Source: Mobula hypostoma
Taxonomy: Eukaryota
Length of the DNA stretch: 64,000 nucleotides
NCBI RefSeq assembly: GCF_963921235.1
Contig: NC_086108.1
Location: 94,552,001 to 94,616,000 of the forward strand
Reading direction: 5' to 3'
In this document: positions 1 to 12,869 of the stretch, in pieces
Layout of the letters: each line of letters opens with the position of its first letter
Position numbering within the stretch: the stretch's first letter is position 1
Made by a program: the position numbers and the translations under genes
The notes under the pieces: model-generated
Seen by the model: only the letters and a program-made list of their open reading frames with translations
Database searches by the model: none
Told to the model about the DNA's origin: nothing

Positions 1-1229
1 AGAAGGGCCACACCAGCTTCTGCCATGCTCCTGTTCAGAAAAGCAGTTTAAAATAATTAAATAATCACCCTATTAGCTGCATCCCTGTGAACGTGTGGGT
101 TTTCTCCGGGTGCTCCAGTTTCCTCCCACAGTCCGAAGACATACCACAGGTTAATTGGTCATTGTAAATTGTCCCATGATTAGGCTAGGATGAATTGGGG
201 TTTGCTGGGTGTCACGGCTCGAAGGGCCAGAAGGGCCTGTTCCACACCATATCTCAATACGTAAAATAAATAAGTAAATAAGCCTTCAGTTTGTATTAAT
301 GACAATTAGGATAGAGCGAACGAGTTACAGGAGATGAAAGCAATGGCTTGGTCTTCCCAATGCACACTTGGGACTCACCCATGTTTTGGTTAATTGGTTT
401 ACTATTCTACAGTGAAAACTTTGTTTTACAAAATGCTGGAGGAACTCAGCAGGTCAGGCTGCTATGTCTCTGGAAACGAATAGAATTGACATTTCAGGGT
501 CCCGATGAATGGTCTTGGCCCGAAATATCGACTCATTATTTCCCTCCATTGATGCTGCCTGACTTGCTGAGTTCCTCCTGCATTTTGTGTGCTTTACTCT
601 GGATTTCCAACATCTGTAAAATCTCAAGTGCTCGTGAACAATTTGTCTGGCACACCTTCCTTACAGATCAATCTGTCACAACAGTACCAGGCAGATCAAT
701 AACAAAGTGCAGAACAAACTATTACAGTTACAGAGAAAGTGCAGAGTAGATAGGTGCAAGACCATGTGACACAGAGGCTGTTGTGTGGGAGGTGGAGGGG
801 TAAGGGTGGTGCTCAGATTCGGAGCAGCTCCGGAGGATTACTGGTAAGTCTGTCTTTATTGCCAACTGGGAGTTTGGCAACACCCAGAATCACACTTCAG
901 TTGATGGAAGCAAGCTGCTGACTGAGGCCTACAATACCACACTGGGCAAATGATTGAGGATTGGTGTTGATGATGGGTGCTTATCTCTCCTAAACCCTTC
1001 CACCAAACCTAGAATATCACTTTAACCACTCCAGTTGGATTGGCACGGTAGTGTAGTAATGAGTGCGTAATACCACAGTAGTAAGCATAACGCTGTTTTT
1101 CACTTTGACACCACCTGTCAAAGTAACTCGCATCACCCAGAATAAAATCAATTAAATAACTGAGCCCAGAACACACACACTCTCACTACTCAAGCATTCT
1201 GATTATTTTACAGTACTTGTGCACAAGGA

Positions 1230-2780
1230 TAGCACCCTTCATTCGTAAGGCCAGTGATGTTGTGGGGATGGAACTGGACTCTCTCACGGTGGAAAAGAGG
1301 ATGCTGTCTAAGTTGCATGCCATCTTGGTCAATGTCTCCCATCCACTACATAATGTACTGGGTGGGCACAGGAGTACATTCAGCCAGAGACTCATTCCTC
1401 CGAGATGCAGCACAGAGCGTCATAGGAAGTCATTCCTGCCTGTGGCCATCAAACTTTACAACTCCTCCCTTGGAGGGTCAGACACCCTGAGCCGATAGGC
1501 TGGTCCTGGACTTATTTCATAATTTACTGGCATAAATTACATATTACTATTTAACTATTTATGGTTCTATTACTATTTATTATTTATGGTGCAACTGTAA
1601 CGAAAACCAGTTTCCCCCGGGATCAATAAACATAGAAACATAGAAAATAGGTGCAGGAGTAGGCCATTCGGCCCTTCGAGCCTGCACCGCCATTTATTAT
1701 GATCATGGCTGATCATCCAACTCAGAACCCCGCCCCAGCCTTCCCTCCATACCCCCTGACCCCTGTAGCCACAAGGGCCATATCTAACTCCCTCTTAAAC
1801 ATAGCCAATGAACTGGCCTCAACAGTTTGCTGTGGCAGAGAATTCCACAGATTCACCACTCTCTGTGTGAAGAAGTTTTTCCTAATCTCGGTCCTAAAAG
1901 GCTTCCCCTCTATCCTCAAACTGTGACCCCTCGTTCTGGACTTCCCCAACATCGGGAACAATCTTCCTGCATCTAGCCTGTCCAATCCCTTTAGGATCTT
2001 ATACGTTTCAATCAGATCCCCCCTCAATCTTCTAAATTCCAACGAGTACAAGCCCAGTTCATCCAGTCTTTCTTCATATGAAAGTCCTGCCATCCCAGGA
2101 ATCAATCTGGTGAACTTTCTTTGTACTCCCTCTATGGCAAAGATGTCTTTCCTCAGATTAGGGGACCAAAACTGCACACAATACTCCAGGTGTGGTCTCA
2201 CCAAGGCCTTGTACAACTGCAGTAGTACCTCCCTGCTCCTGTACTCGAATCCTCTCGCTATAAATGCCAGCATACCATTCGCCTTTTTCACCGCCTGCTG
2301 TACCTGCATACCCACTTTCAATGACTGGTGTATAATGACACCCAGGTCTCGTTGCACCTCCCCTTTTCCTAATCGGCCACCATTCAGATAATAATCTGTT
2401 TTCTTATTTTTGCCACCAAAGTGGATAACTTCACATTTATCCACATTAAATTGCATCTGCCATGAGTTTGCCCACTCACCCAACCTATCCAAGTCACCCT
2501 GCATCCTCTTAGCATCCTCCTCACTGCTAACACTGCCGCCCAGCTTCGTGTCATCCGCAAACTTGGAGATGCTGCATTTAATTCCCTCATCCAAGTCATT
2601 AATATATATTGTAAACAACTGGGGTCCCAGCACTGAGCCTTGCGGTACCCCACTAGTCACCGCCTGCCATTCTGAAAAGGTCCCGTTTATTCCCACTCTT
2701 TGCTTCCTCTCTGCTAACCAATTCTCCACCCACACCAATACCTTACCCCCAATACCGTGTGCTTTAAGTATGACTATGAC
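1230..2780 (+). mobile_element. Rex1/Babar-type LINE 3' end interrupted by the young CR1
   Basis: ORF 1217-1498 (..HPLH..RHRKSFLPVAIKLYN). The tail gatcaataaa at 1621-1630 resumes as gtatgactatgac at 2768-2780. Confidence 0.65.
1631..2768 (-). mobile_element. Young 5'-truncated CR1 LINE (ORF2 RT C-terminal part)
   Basis: Uninterrupted 338-aa ORF with GVPQGSVLGP and FADD motifs. Short (TTTCTATG)n tail. Confidence 0.95.
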
Positions 2781-3790
2781 ACACTGTCCTGAGGTTTGAA
2801 CAGAAAACGGCTATTTTTATGCAGAATTGGCATTTAGGTTACAGATGGTGATCGTTGTAAATTGTATGTTTGAATTACCTACTCACAAGATCAATTGCCA
2901 TTCACAATAGAGGTGTTAAAGCCAATCGAAACTTCAAGCAGACAGCCGATGATATTTTGAAGTTAGCAAAAGCCTAATTGTTGGGTACGTTTCACATCCT
3001 TGGTATCCTTGTCTTATCTGTCTCTGGCACCCCCTACTGTTTAAAGAGATGCTATGTCTCAGGAAGACCTCTGGAAAAGTCTCACTACAAAGGCCTCACT
3101 TGTCTGGTTTGAGAACACACTACCACAGTCTATCCTATCTATAGTAAACAGAGGCGCCTGCAGCTGTCTCACTTGACTACAACTGCCTTAGACTATCGTT
3201 GTCTTGCTGAAACTTCCTCACAGCAAACCGGGTTCAACTCCGCTGCTGACTGTAAGGAGTTTGTATGTTCTCCCCGTGACCTCCAGGTGCTCTGGTTTCC
3301 TCCCACATTCCAAACGATATTCATGTTCGTAAGTTGTGGGCATTCAATATTGGTGCCAAAACCATGGCAATACTTGTGGGCTGCACCCAGCACATCTTCA
3401 GCACGCCTGTGTTGGCCATTCACACAAATGATGCAAATCACTGTACAGTATGTTTGATAAATGCTAAGCTCTATTAAGTCTTTAATGTAGACACACTCAA
3501 GTAATAATGTAGGTAGTCAGTGTGTGTTTCCCATGGTAGAGGTGCCCAGAGCTGGACGGCATAGTTTCAAGGTGAGAAGGAGGTTTAAGAAGGATCGGAT
3601 GGGTACATTTTTCACACAAAGGAATGAGTTGCAAGGGGAAGTGGGAGAGGTAGGAACAGTAGCAACATTGAAGGGATATCTAGACAGCTACTTGAATGAG
3701 AACACTATGGATGATGTGGAATTAAAGTAGCCAAGTGGGCTGGGCAAAGGGGGAGCACTGATGTGGTGGGCTGAAAGTCCTGTTTGCAAC

Positions 3791-3889
3791 CTGTACAACA
3801 CACTATGTCTCTATAGGACCAAGCTGTACAACACACTATGTCTCTATAGGACCAAGCTGTACAACACACTATGTCTCTATAGGAGCAAG
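3791..3889. repeat. Tandem repeat, 3 x 33 bp
   Basis: Unit CTGTACAACACACTATGTCTCTATAGGACCAAG, with one mismatch in copy 3. Confidence 0.95.
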
Positions 3890-4309
3890 TGGCTCTACAG
3901 GAGCATAACTGACAAAATAACCAAAATTTGGTGATGCTCATATGGTTAGAGTGAGAGGGATACAGATATCAGAGGTCTGTAATTTGGAGGAAATATAGAA
4001 ATGGAGAGAGACAGGACCATGGAGCAACTTGAACACAGTGAGCATTTTAATTCAAGTTGTTCAACCTGCAATCAGTGTTAGAATAGAGTGATAGAGTGCA
4101 GCAACAATGGAGTACAGCTAGAATCATGGAGTCATACAGCAGGAAAACAGGCCATTCAGCCCAAATCATCCATGCTAACCAAGATAATTATCTGAGCTAG
4201 TGCCCGTTGCCCGTTGCCTGCATTTGGCTTCTATTTCTCTAGGGATTGCTTGGAATCTGGAGGAAAGTTACGGGATAGCGGAAAGGGAGGGAGCAACAGT
4301 GCTCTCTTC

Positions 4310-5245
4310 CCAAATCTTCTGCAACTTCCACCACCTCCAACGAGATCCTGCCACTAACGCAACTTTACCTCCCTCCCACTCTTTGCTTTCCACAGGGATC
4401 GCTCTTTCCATGACTCCACTGTACATTTGTCCCTCCCCACTGATCTTGCTCCTGGCAAGTAACACAAGTGCTCACCTGTCCATTCACCTCCTTCCTCACC
4501 TCCATTCAGGTCCTTCCAGGTGAGGCAACACTTCACCCGTGAGTCTGTCGGGGTCATCTACTGTGTCCGGTGCTTCCAGTGTAGCCTCCTGTACATTAGT
4601 GAGATCTTACATTAATTAGGGGACTGCTTTGTCAAGCACCTTCACTCTGACAGGCAGGATTTCCCAGTGACCAACCATTTTAACTCAACTCCGCATTCCC
4701 ATTCCAACATGTCAGTCCATGGCGTCCTCAGCCGCCACAATGAGGCCATTCTAGGGTTGGAGGAGCAACACCTCACATTCTGTCTGGGTAACGTCCACCT
4801 TGACGGCACGAACTTCGATTTCTCTAACTTCTGATAGTTTCTTTCCCCTTCTCCTTCTCTCTTTTTCTATTCCACATTCTGGCTTTCCACTTACCCCTTC
4901 TCTTCTGCTCTCCTGCCCATCACCTCCCTCTGGTGTCCCTCTTTCTTTACTTTCCCCAATGGTTGACTCCCCTATCAGATTCCTTCTTCAGCCCTTTACC
5001 TTTTCCACATATCACTTCCCAGATTCTCATTTCACCTTTCCCCTCACTTGGCTTCACCTGTTACCTGCTAGGCTTTACTCCTTTCCCTCACCCTCCCTTC
5101 CTTTCCAGTCCAGACGAAGGGTCTCAACCTGAAACATTGACTATTTATTCCTCTCCGTAGATGCTGCCTGACCTACTGAGGTCCTCCAGCATTTTATGTG
5201 TGTTGCTCTTAATTTCCAGCATCTACAGAGTTTTTTTTTAGTTTA
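4310..5245 (+). mobile_element. Penelope-like element 3' part (decayed GIY-YIG endonuclease plus pLTR)
   Basis: FQVRQHFTRESVGVIYCVRCFQCSLLYISE at 4514-4603, then EEQHLTFCLG...NFDFSNF*, a pyrimidine-rich UTR and a decayed hammerhead at 5106-5143. Confidence 0.8.
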
Positions 5246-6793
5246 TCTCTTTCCAGATGTTGTCAGAAACTAATTAACTGTCTGCATCTGGTATTGGAAA
5301 TGTGTGTGGATGGGGGAGGAGGAGGAGTTTGAAGAAGGTGGATGACATTGAGTTGTCCTCAGCGATGTGCTGTTTTGACTGAGGAGAGTGCAGAATTAAA
5401 TCAAGGTATTAAAGCTTTTAGCTAATCTGGATATCACAAGACTCCACTGATGAGTCATTGTTTCTTAGTGTGTATGTCAGCTAACCAGGCCCAGGAAGAC
5501 TCAGATTAGTTGGAGCTAAGATTACCAGAATTATTCAGGGCAGTGGCAGGGGGAAGGGATTTGTTTACTCGCGACACTGGATTTTCGTTTAGTAGTCAGT
5601 CTGCTCAGGATGCTTTGTTCTCTATCCAACGAGGGACATTTCAGAAGAGTTTTCAAAGTTCAAAGTAAATTTATTATCAAAGTACAGATATGTTACCATA
5701 CACAACCCTGAGGTTTGTTTTCTTGCGGGCATGCACAGTAAATCCAAGAAACATGATAGAATCAATGAAAGACCACATCCAACAGGATGTGCAAAAGAAC
5801 AAACAAATAAATAAATAAATGCACAATAAACATCGAGAACATGAGATGAAGAGTCCTTGAAAGTGAGTCCATAGTTTGTGGGAATAATTCAGTGATGGAG
5901 TGAGTGAAGTTGAGTGGTTATCACCATTGGTTTAAGATTCTACTGTCTGAGGGGTAATAACCTTTCCTGAACCTGGTGGTGTGCGTCCTGAGGCTCTTAT
6001 ACCTTCTTCCTGATGGCAGCAGCAAGAAGGGAGAATGGCCTGGGTGGTGGGATCCTTGATGGTGGATGCAGCTTTCCTGCGACAGCACTCCATTTTGACG
6101 TGCTCAACGGTGGGAAGTGCTTTACCCGTCGTGGACTAGGTTGAATCCACAACTTTTTGTTGGATTTTCTTTTCAAGGGCATTGGTGTTTCCATACCAGG
6201 AATGTAATGTAACCAGTCAATATACTCTCCGTGAAATCAACCACTTTAGCCATGGAATCAACTGCCTAGAATGGAACTCACAAGGAGTGGCTGAATAATC
6301 GAAAGGCTTGTAAGATCACTAGCTGATTGCAATGTAGGAAGATCAGAGATGGAGCAGAGGCAGTGGTGGAAGGACTGTAGATTGCACAGGAATTCGGATT
6401 ATGTGAAGAATTTCTATTGGTGATCATGTATGGGGGCTGTCAGTGATACTGTGGGAAAAATCAGTTGAGGACATAATTCTTTTGCAGGAGGAAAATGATT
6501 AACGTCATGTAGCTGATGGACTTCCATTCCATCTTAGTTAAAATGAGAAGTTGGTATATTTAAGGTGGGTTGATGTTTAACAATTTGTTACATACTATTC
6601 ATCCCTATTTTTGAGTTTTGTGCCTAGTTTTTATACATTCTATTGTATTTTTTTATTTTCCTGTAAATGCCTGCAAGAAAATTAACCCCAAGGTAGTAAA
6701 TGGTGACTAATACATACATACTTAGATAATAAATTTATGCAACACACACAAAATGCTGGTGGAACGCAGCAGGCCAGGCAGCATCAATAGGAA

Positions 6794-6928
6794 CACAAAA
6801 TACTCTGCAGATGCTGGGTCAAAGCAACATTCACAACACGCTGGAGGAACTCAGCTGGAGAAACGTTGACTGATCATTTCCACGGATGCTGCTCAACCTG
6901 CTGAGTTCCTCCAGCGTGTTGTGAGTGT
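6794..6928. mobile_element. 135-bp hairpin insertion nested in a Penelope pLTR
   Basis: Arms cacaacacgctggaggaactcagc / gctgagttcctccagcgtgttgtg. Perfect 15-bp TSD CAGCATCAATAGGAA at 6779-6793 and 6929-6943. Confidence 0.8.
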
Positions 6929-6950
6929 CAGCATCAATAGGAAGAAGTAC

Positions 6951-6986
6951 AGTCGACGTTTCAGGCCGAGACCCTTCGTCAGGACT
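6951..6986 (-). ncRNA. Minimal type-I hammerhead ribozyme motif in a Penelope-like terminal repeat
   Basis: Minus strand reads AGUC-CUGACGA-A-GGGU-CUCG-GCCU-GAAA-C-GUC-GACU: stem I AGUC/GACU, core CUGANGA and GAAA, short stem II, GUC triplet. Confidence 0.75.
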
Positions 6987-7589
6987 AACTGAAGGAAGAG
7001 ATAGTAAGAGATTTGAAAGTGGGAGGGGGAGGGGGAGATCCGAAATGATAGGAGAAGACAGGAGGGGGAGGGATGAAGCTAAGAGCTGGAAAGTTGATTG
7101 GCAAAAGGGATACAAGGCTGGAGAAGGGAGAGGATCATGGAACGGGAGACCTAGGGGGAAAGAAAGGGGGAAAGGAGCCCAGAGGAAGATGGAGAGCAGG
7201 CAAGGAGTGATTGTGAGAGGGACAGAGAGAGAGAGAGAAAAAAAGGAGGGGAATAATAAATAAATACGGAATGGGTAAGAAGGGGAGGAGGGGCATTAAC
7301 GGAAGTTAGAGAAGTCAATGTTCATGCCATCTGGTTGGAGGCTACCCAGACGGAATATAATGTGTTGTTCCTCCAACCTGAGTGTGGCTTTATCTTGACA
7401 GTAGAGGATCCTAACATGACAAAGTCAAAGAAACGGCGATTGCACGCATGGAGGATGAAATAACGGGCAGGTCCATTACAAACGGCGAAGAAAGTGTCCC
7501 GGAGGTGTGGAAGGGACTGGGATAGGGACGCCAGGTACCTCCTCATGGTGGAGAGTGTCATCCTCAGAGCTATAAATTTACTTTGACTT

Positions 7590-8110
7590 TGTAGTATTGG
7601 TCTCCTTATTTGAAGAAAGTCATTAATAGGTTGGAAACAGTTCAGACAAGGTTTACCAGACTAATAATTAGCATAAACAAATTATCTTATGAAGAAAGAT
7701 TGGACAAGCTAGTCTGGTATTCGCTGGAGTTGAGAACAATTAATTGAATCATAACCGATCCTTTGGGATCTTGACAGGTTGGATGCGAAGAGGTGTTTCC
7801 TCTTGTGGGAGAATCTAGAATATGGGGCCATTGTTTAAAAATAAGGGATCGTAGTTTTAAGATTTAAAAAATCTTTCTCACAGAGAAATCCTGAATTTTT
7901 GGAAGCCTTTAGCTCAAAGGGCTGGGGACACAGTTTTTGAATATCCTTAAATACCGAGGTAGATAGGTGCTTTATAAGCAAAGGAATGAAAGGTTGTCAC
8001 AGACAGCCAGGAGTGCATAGCGGAGGTTAATCAGACATTATTGATTATATGGCAAGGCAGACCTAAGTGTCCAACTGGCCTGCTTTTGCTCCTAACAAAT
8101 ATTCGTATTT
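7590..8110 (+). mobile_element. Highly decayed CR1 3' fragment
   Basis: Degenerate ORF2 end and 3' UTR. Similar short fragments at about 3480-3800, 8300-8490, 9120-9365, 10770-11097, 35765-35995, 37565-37715, 41750-42045 and 62385-62640. Confidence 0.7.
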
Positions 8111-8560
8111 TTTTTCCTAAAATTATGGGTTGAAGAGAGGACAATCAGATATGGTTCTTGACTCTGATCCTTTTTCTAATATGCTGGAATAAAACCTGTC
8201 TGGATATTGAGTACAGTTGAAATCGGAGTTACGTTTGTGACTGGCCGCAAGGTAAAAAGGCTGGGTAATATTCTCTGACAACAACATACTCTATCACAGA
8301 TGACCTTGCAGGTCAAATCATTGCATATATTTAAAATGGAGGAAGGTAAGTTCTTGATTTGTAAGGGAGTCAAAGGTTGCGGGAAGAAGGCAGGAGAATG
8401 GGGTTGAGAGGGTTAATAAATCTGCCATGGTGGAATGGTGGAGCAAAAAGTATGGGCCGAATGGCCTAATTATGCTCTTATGATCTTTTGAGTCAGGATC
8501 TTTTAACAACAGAAAAACAGATTGGGAGTAGGAATGGAAAAACAAACCAAATGCAGAGAA

Positions 8561-8676
8561 CACACATCAAAGTTGCTGGTGAATGCAGCAGGCCAGGCAG
8601 CCTGGCCTGCTGCGTTCACCAGCAACTTTGACGTGTGTTGCTTGAATTTCCAGCATCTGCAGAATTCCTGTTGTTT
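8561..8676 (+). mobile_element. 116-bp hairpin insertion derived from Penelope terminal sequence
   Basis: 40-bp inverted arms 8559-8598 / 8600-8639 (38/40). Perfect 14-bp TSD CCAAATGCAGAGAA at 8547-8560 and 8677-8690. Confidence 0.85.
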
Positions 8677-11600
8677 CCAAATGCAGAGAAATTTCTTATA
8701 TTGATTTACAACATAGAACGAGGCTATTTGGTCCATAGATGGCCACTCTTGGATATTGTAAATGTTCTTGTCAATCCACAGCGGCTTTTCCAGGGTCTAA
8801 TCAAAATTGGGCATGTGGACCCGCATCAAAATAATATTGAGGTCTGAGCAGCATCACTGGATCCCAGGGAGATACAAGAGACTACAGATGCTGGAAACTG
8901 GAATAACAAATCTGCTGGAAGAACTCAGGGAGTCTAGCAGCATCTGTGGTAGGAAAGGGATTGTTGCTGAAATATACATCAGAACCCCAACTAGTGAATA
9001 CTTACGTCACCTTCTCTACTTGCTGGGAAACTCCAGATGGAAACAATGGTGGAACCAGATCAATGGGATTATGTACACAAGATAGCGTTTTAACTTCAGT
9101 TCCTCACAAGCCCCATTTTCATAAAGGAACATGAGGGGAAACTTCTTCACGCAGAGGGTCACGAGAATGTGGAACGAGTTGCCAGTGAAAGTGGTGCATG
9201 TGAGCTCGATTTCAACTTTTAAGAGAAGTTTGGATAGGTACATGGATGGTAGCTGTATGGAGGGCTATAATCCCAGTGCAGATCGATGGGAATAGGTAGT
9301 TTAAATGGCTCAGCACAGACTAGATGGACCGAAGGGCCTTTTTCTGTGTTGTACTTTTCTATGCCTTCTAGGTAGAAGATCTAAAATCAGAGCCCTATGT
9401 CTACATTGTAAGGATCGAGATGTAGGAAACTGGTTGCTAATCTAGTTGAGTTATATGAGTGAGTTAAATGATATAAAAGATAACATTTTTAAAATAACTT
9501 ATTGATTTATTATGTTGACCCCATTTTAATGCAATTCACAATTGAAATAGTTTATCTTATGTTTTGCAAACCCCAGTCATTAAGTAAAACCCTTGGATAA
9601 CCCAGAATGAACCAAAAGAGCTCAGACTGACAGAGTAAATCGTCTCCAATGGAGCAACATGAGAACAAAAACTTGTACCACTTCTTTCAAACTAAATAAA
9701 TGGCAAGATACAATATATAGATAAAATTCTTGCAGGTCTTCGGGGCCTAGGTTTCTTAATTCTTAATTAAGTTTTTGTCCAAGTTTAGTAAGCCAAGATG
9801 GTAATTTCTTTTATCTAATGCTGTGAAATAGATTATGAACATTGCAGCTGTACCATAAGTACATTGTCACACATTTACAATATGTAAGGATTACACTCAA
9901 TGAATTATCATTTAATATAATAAAAATGCAACCAGGCCAGAAGAAGATGAAACATTAGGGGGAGAGAGAGACTGTGGTATGTTGAATACTGGGTGAACAA
10001 GTAGTCTTTGGAGTACTGTAAGTCTGTGTCTTTGCTGTTGCTTTGCTCATGTTTGAGTAATTGGTGGCAGGTGCTGATGCGTTCTTTTTGCTGGTGGGGG
10101 AGAGGGATCGTTGCTTGCTGCCACTTGCGTGTGGGAGGAAGGGGAGCTGGGGAGTACTTTGGGGTTCTAACATTTAACTGTCATTGATTCTTTGGGGGCA
10201 CCCCTCTGTTTTCACAGATGGTTGCAAAGAAAAAGCATTTCAGGATGTATATTGTATTCACTTCTCTGACGTTAAATGTACCTTTGAAACCTTTGAATAT
10301 GAGAGCAGGGCCTGGAGTTGACTCAGACATGCCCACTAATTCAGTAAGATCGTGGTTGTCCCAGCTCCAATTTCCTGCCTACCTTTGCCCCTTGACCCCT
10401 TGTTTAATATTCTGTGCTGTTCCCATAACAGGAAACATCTGGTCAGCATTTAAAGTCTTCATGACCAAGAAATTCTCTGCATAGCCTCCTTCTGAATGCC
10501 TGAAATATTGATTTTTTTTTTTAACAAGCTCTGATGTTAGGCAGACACAATTCTTCAATGTTTTTTATTTCTAAGGTCAATTGTAAATAACTGAACCATC
10601 ATGTCAGGAAGGAGATAACTTAAGCACAGATCTACCAGTAAGTTACCAAATATTATATATTGATGCTTTCACAAATTCGTCACCTTGGATGATTTCTGTT
10701 GCACAATTAGTTCTGCCTGCTCTTGTCTGAATAATCGTTTCATAATATTGTTAAACAAACACACAAATTGACCTTGTGGATAGCCAGAGGCTTTTTCCCA
10801 GGGCTGAAATGACTAACATGAGGGTTCATAGTTTTAAGGTGCTTGGAAATAGGTATAAGGGGGATGTCGGAGGTAAGTTTTGTACACAGAGAGTGGTGGG
10901 TGTGTGGAATGCACTGCCAGTGAAGGTAGTAGAGGTGGATACAAGAGGGTCTTCTAAGAGATTCTTAGATAGGTACATGGAGCTTAGAAAAATGGAGGGA
11001 AATTCTAGGCATCTTCTGGAGTAGGTTACATGGTCGGCACAACAGTGTGGATGTTGTAACGTGCTGTATATTTTCCATATTCAATGTTCTATGTTCTAAA
11101 TGGACAATGCATACCTGCATAGAAGTTTTTTGTGAACATCTAGGGGATAGTTTTGAGAATTTCTTAACCTAACTGAGAACTTTATACAGGTAATGATGAA
11201 TCTTTTTTGAGATCATAATACTTCGATGTACCTATCTATTAGGTATGACAATGCTATGTAAGAATAGAAAGTTCCTAGACTTCGGATGGGCTGCAAGGTG
11301 GATCAAAATGATTTAACGGTGGCACAAGCAGCAATTGGAACAGCCGGGATAACTGGAAATCAGGTGGGATCTGAACGGCTAAGTGACTTCAATTGGAGTA
11401 GCACTGGAAATGATCTTGGTTTGTGCATTATCTTTACTGACAAGAAAATCTCTGTTGCCACAGCTGTCTTGATGTAAAGCAAAATCCATTAGGTGTTTGA
11501 GATAGAGAATTAGTCTGTTACATTATAATGTTGCCTGTTAAGTATGATAGCAGTCATTTTAAGAGTGATCTATAGTACTGTTACATCAATGGTTGCCCGG

Positions 11601-12869
11601 GTAGTCAAAAGTGTCCAAATCCAAGTCCATGGGAATATGGAATGTATTGGGCTTAGAGAACTGTGTCTGTGCATTGGTTGGTGGAAAGGAAGAACGGGTC
11701 CCGTTTTGCTGCTGTTGTTCCATTGCTCGTTGTGTTCTGTGTTGTTCTGCCAAGCATTGTGGGCATACTATGTTGGCGCAGGATGTGTGGTGACTCTTGT
11801 GGGCTGCCCCCAGCACATCCTTGGGTGTGTGGGTTGTTGACGCAAATGGCACATTTCGCCATATGCTTCGATGTTCATGTGATAAATAAACTTGGATCTC
11901 AAAATCTACTCGAACGGGAGATGCTCAAGATGAGGCAGCCAATTTCAATGCCAGTTCACTTCTAGCAAAATAACTAAATGGAAGGGAAGTAACAAGTGAT
12001 AGGACACTATTTTAATCATTCCTGTTCAGTGTTTCAGGACATCATTGCTGATCCTGCCCAGGACACCCCCAGGCCTGCTAATTCCCCAATCTAAAGTTAG
12101 GAATTAGAGGGTATGAACTATGAGGAGACTTTGGTTGTTTTCACTGGAGCATTGGAGATCGACAGGAGATCTGATAGAAGCTTAAAAATGATGAGAAGCT
12201 AACAGAAGATAGACAGTCAGAATCTCATTACCAGTGCAGAAATAACAAATTCTAGAGGACATGCACTTAAGGCGAGTGAGAGAAAATTTACAGAAGATAT
12301 GGTGAGAGAAGTCTGTGTAGGGGAACACTTTGCACCTAGTGATCATAATACCATTAGTTTCGAAGGAATTTTGGAAAAGGATAGATCTGACCTCAGGTTT
12401 AGATTCTAAATTGGTGGAAGACCAATTTTGTTGGTATCACAAAGGATCTGGCAAGTGTGAATTGGGAGAGGTTGTTTTCTGGCAAAGGTGTACTTGGTAA
12501 ATGGGAGGCCTTCAGAAGTGACAGTTTGATCGTACAGAGTTTGTACGTTCCTGTCAGAATAAAAGGCAAGGATAACAGGTTTATGGAACTTTGGTTTTCA
12601 AAAGATATTGAGGCCCTGGTTAAGGAAAAGAAAGAGGTGCATAGCTTAAGAAGGAGATCAGGAGGGCTTAAAGAAGGCGTGAGGTTGCTCTAGCAGACAA
12701 GGTGAAGGAGAATCCTAAGGGCTTCTATAAATATATATATAAAGAGCAAAAGGATAGCAAGCGACAGATTGGTCCTTGGGAAGATCAGTGTGGTAATCTA
12801 TGTGTGGAGCTGAAAGAGATATTAAATGGATGTTTAGCATCTGTATGTAACATGCTGTAGGTTTTCACT

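Larger units (their letters stand above)
6738..7571 (-). mobile_element. Internally deleted Penelope-like element (ORF fragment, GIY-YIG C-terminus, pLTR)
   Basis: EEQHIIFRLGSLQPDGMNIDFSNFR* at about 7297-7375 (minus), purine-rich UTR and hammerhead motif. Flanked by ATAAATTTA at 6729-6737 and 7572-7580. Confidence 0.75.

Noticed and set aside
800..3000. Isolated splice-donor-like sites (gtaagt near 844 plus; gtgagt near 2887 minus) hinting at a third gene
   Set aside because: No recognisable protein frame or partner exons could be assembled. A non-coding or short exon cannot be excluded.
3791..3889. 33-bp repeats as a CRISPR array
   Set aside because: Units are directly adjacent with no spacers, there are no cas genes, and the context is vertebrate.
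8503..8736. Overlapping ORFs on both strands sharing HTSKLLVNAAGQAAWPAAFTSNFDVC
   Set aside because: This is an artefact of the DNA palindrome, not coding.
11286..11477. 63-aa ORF in non-repeat sequence
   Set aside because: No recognisable domain or splice context.
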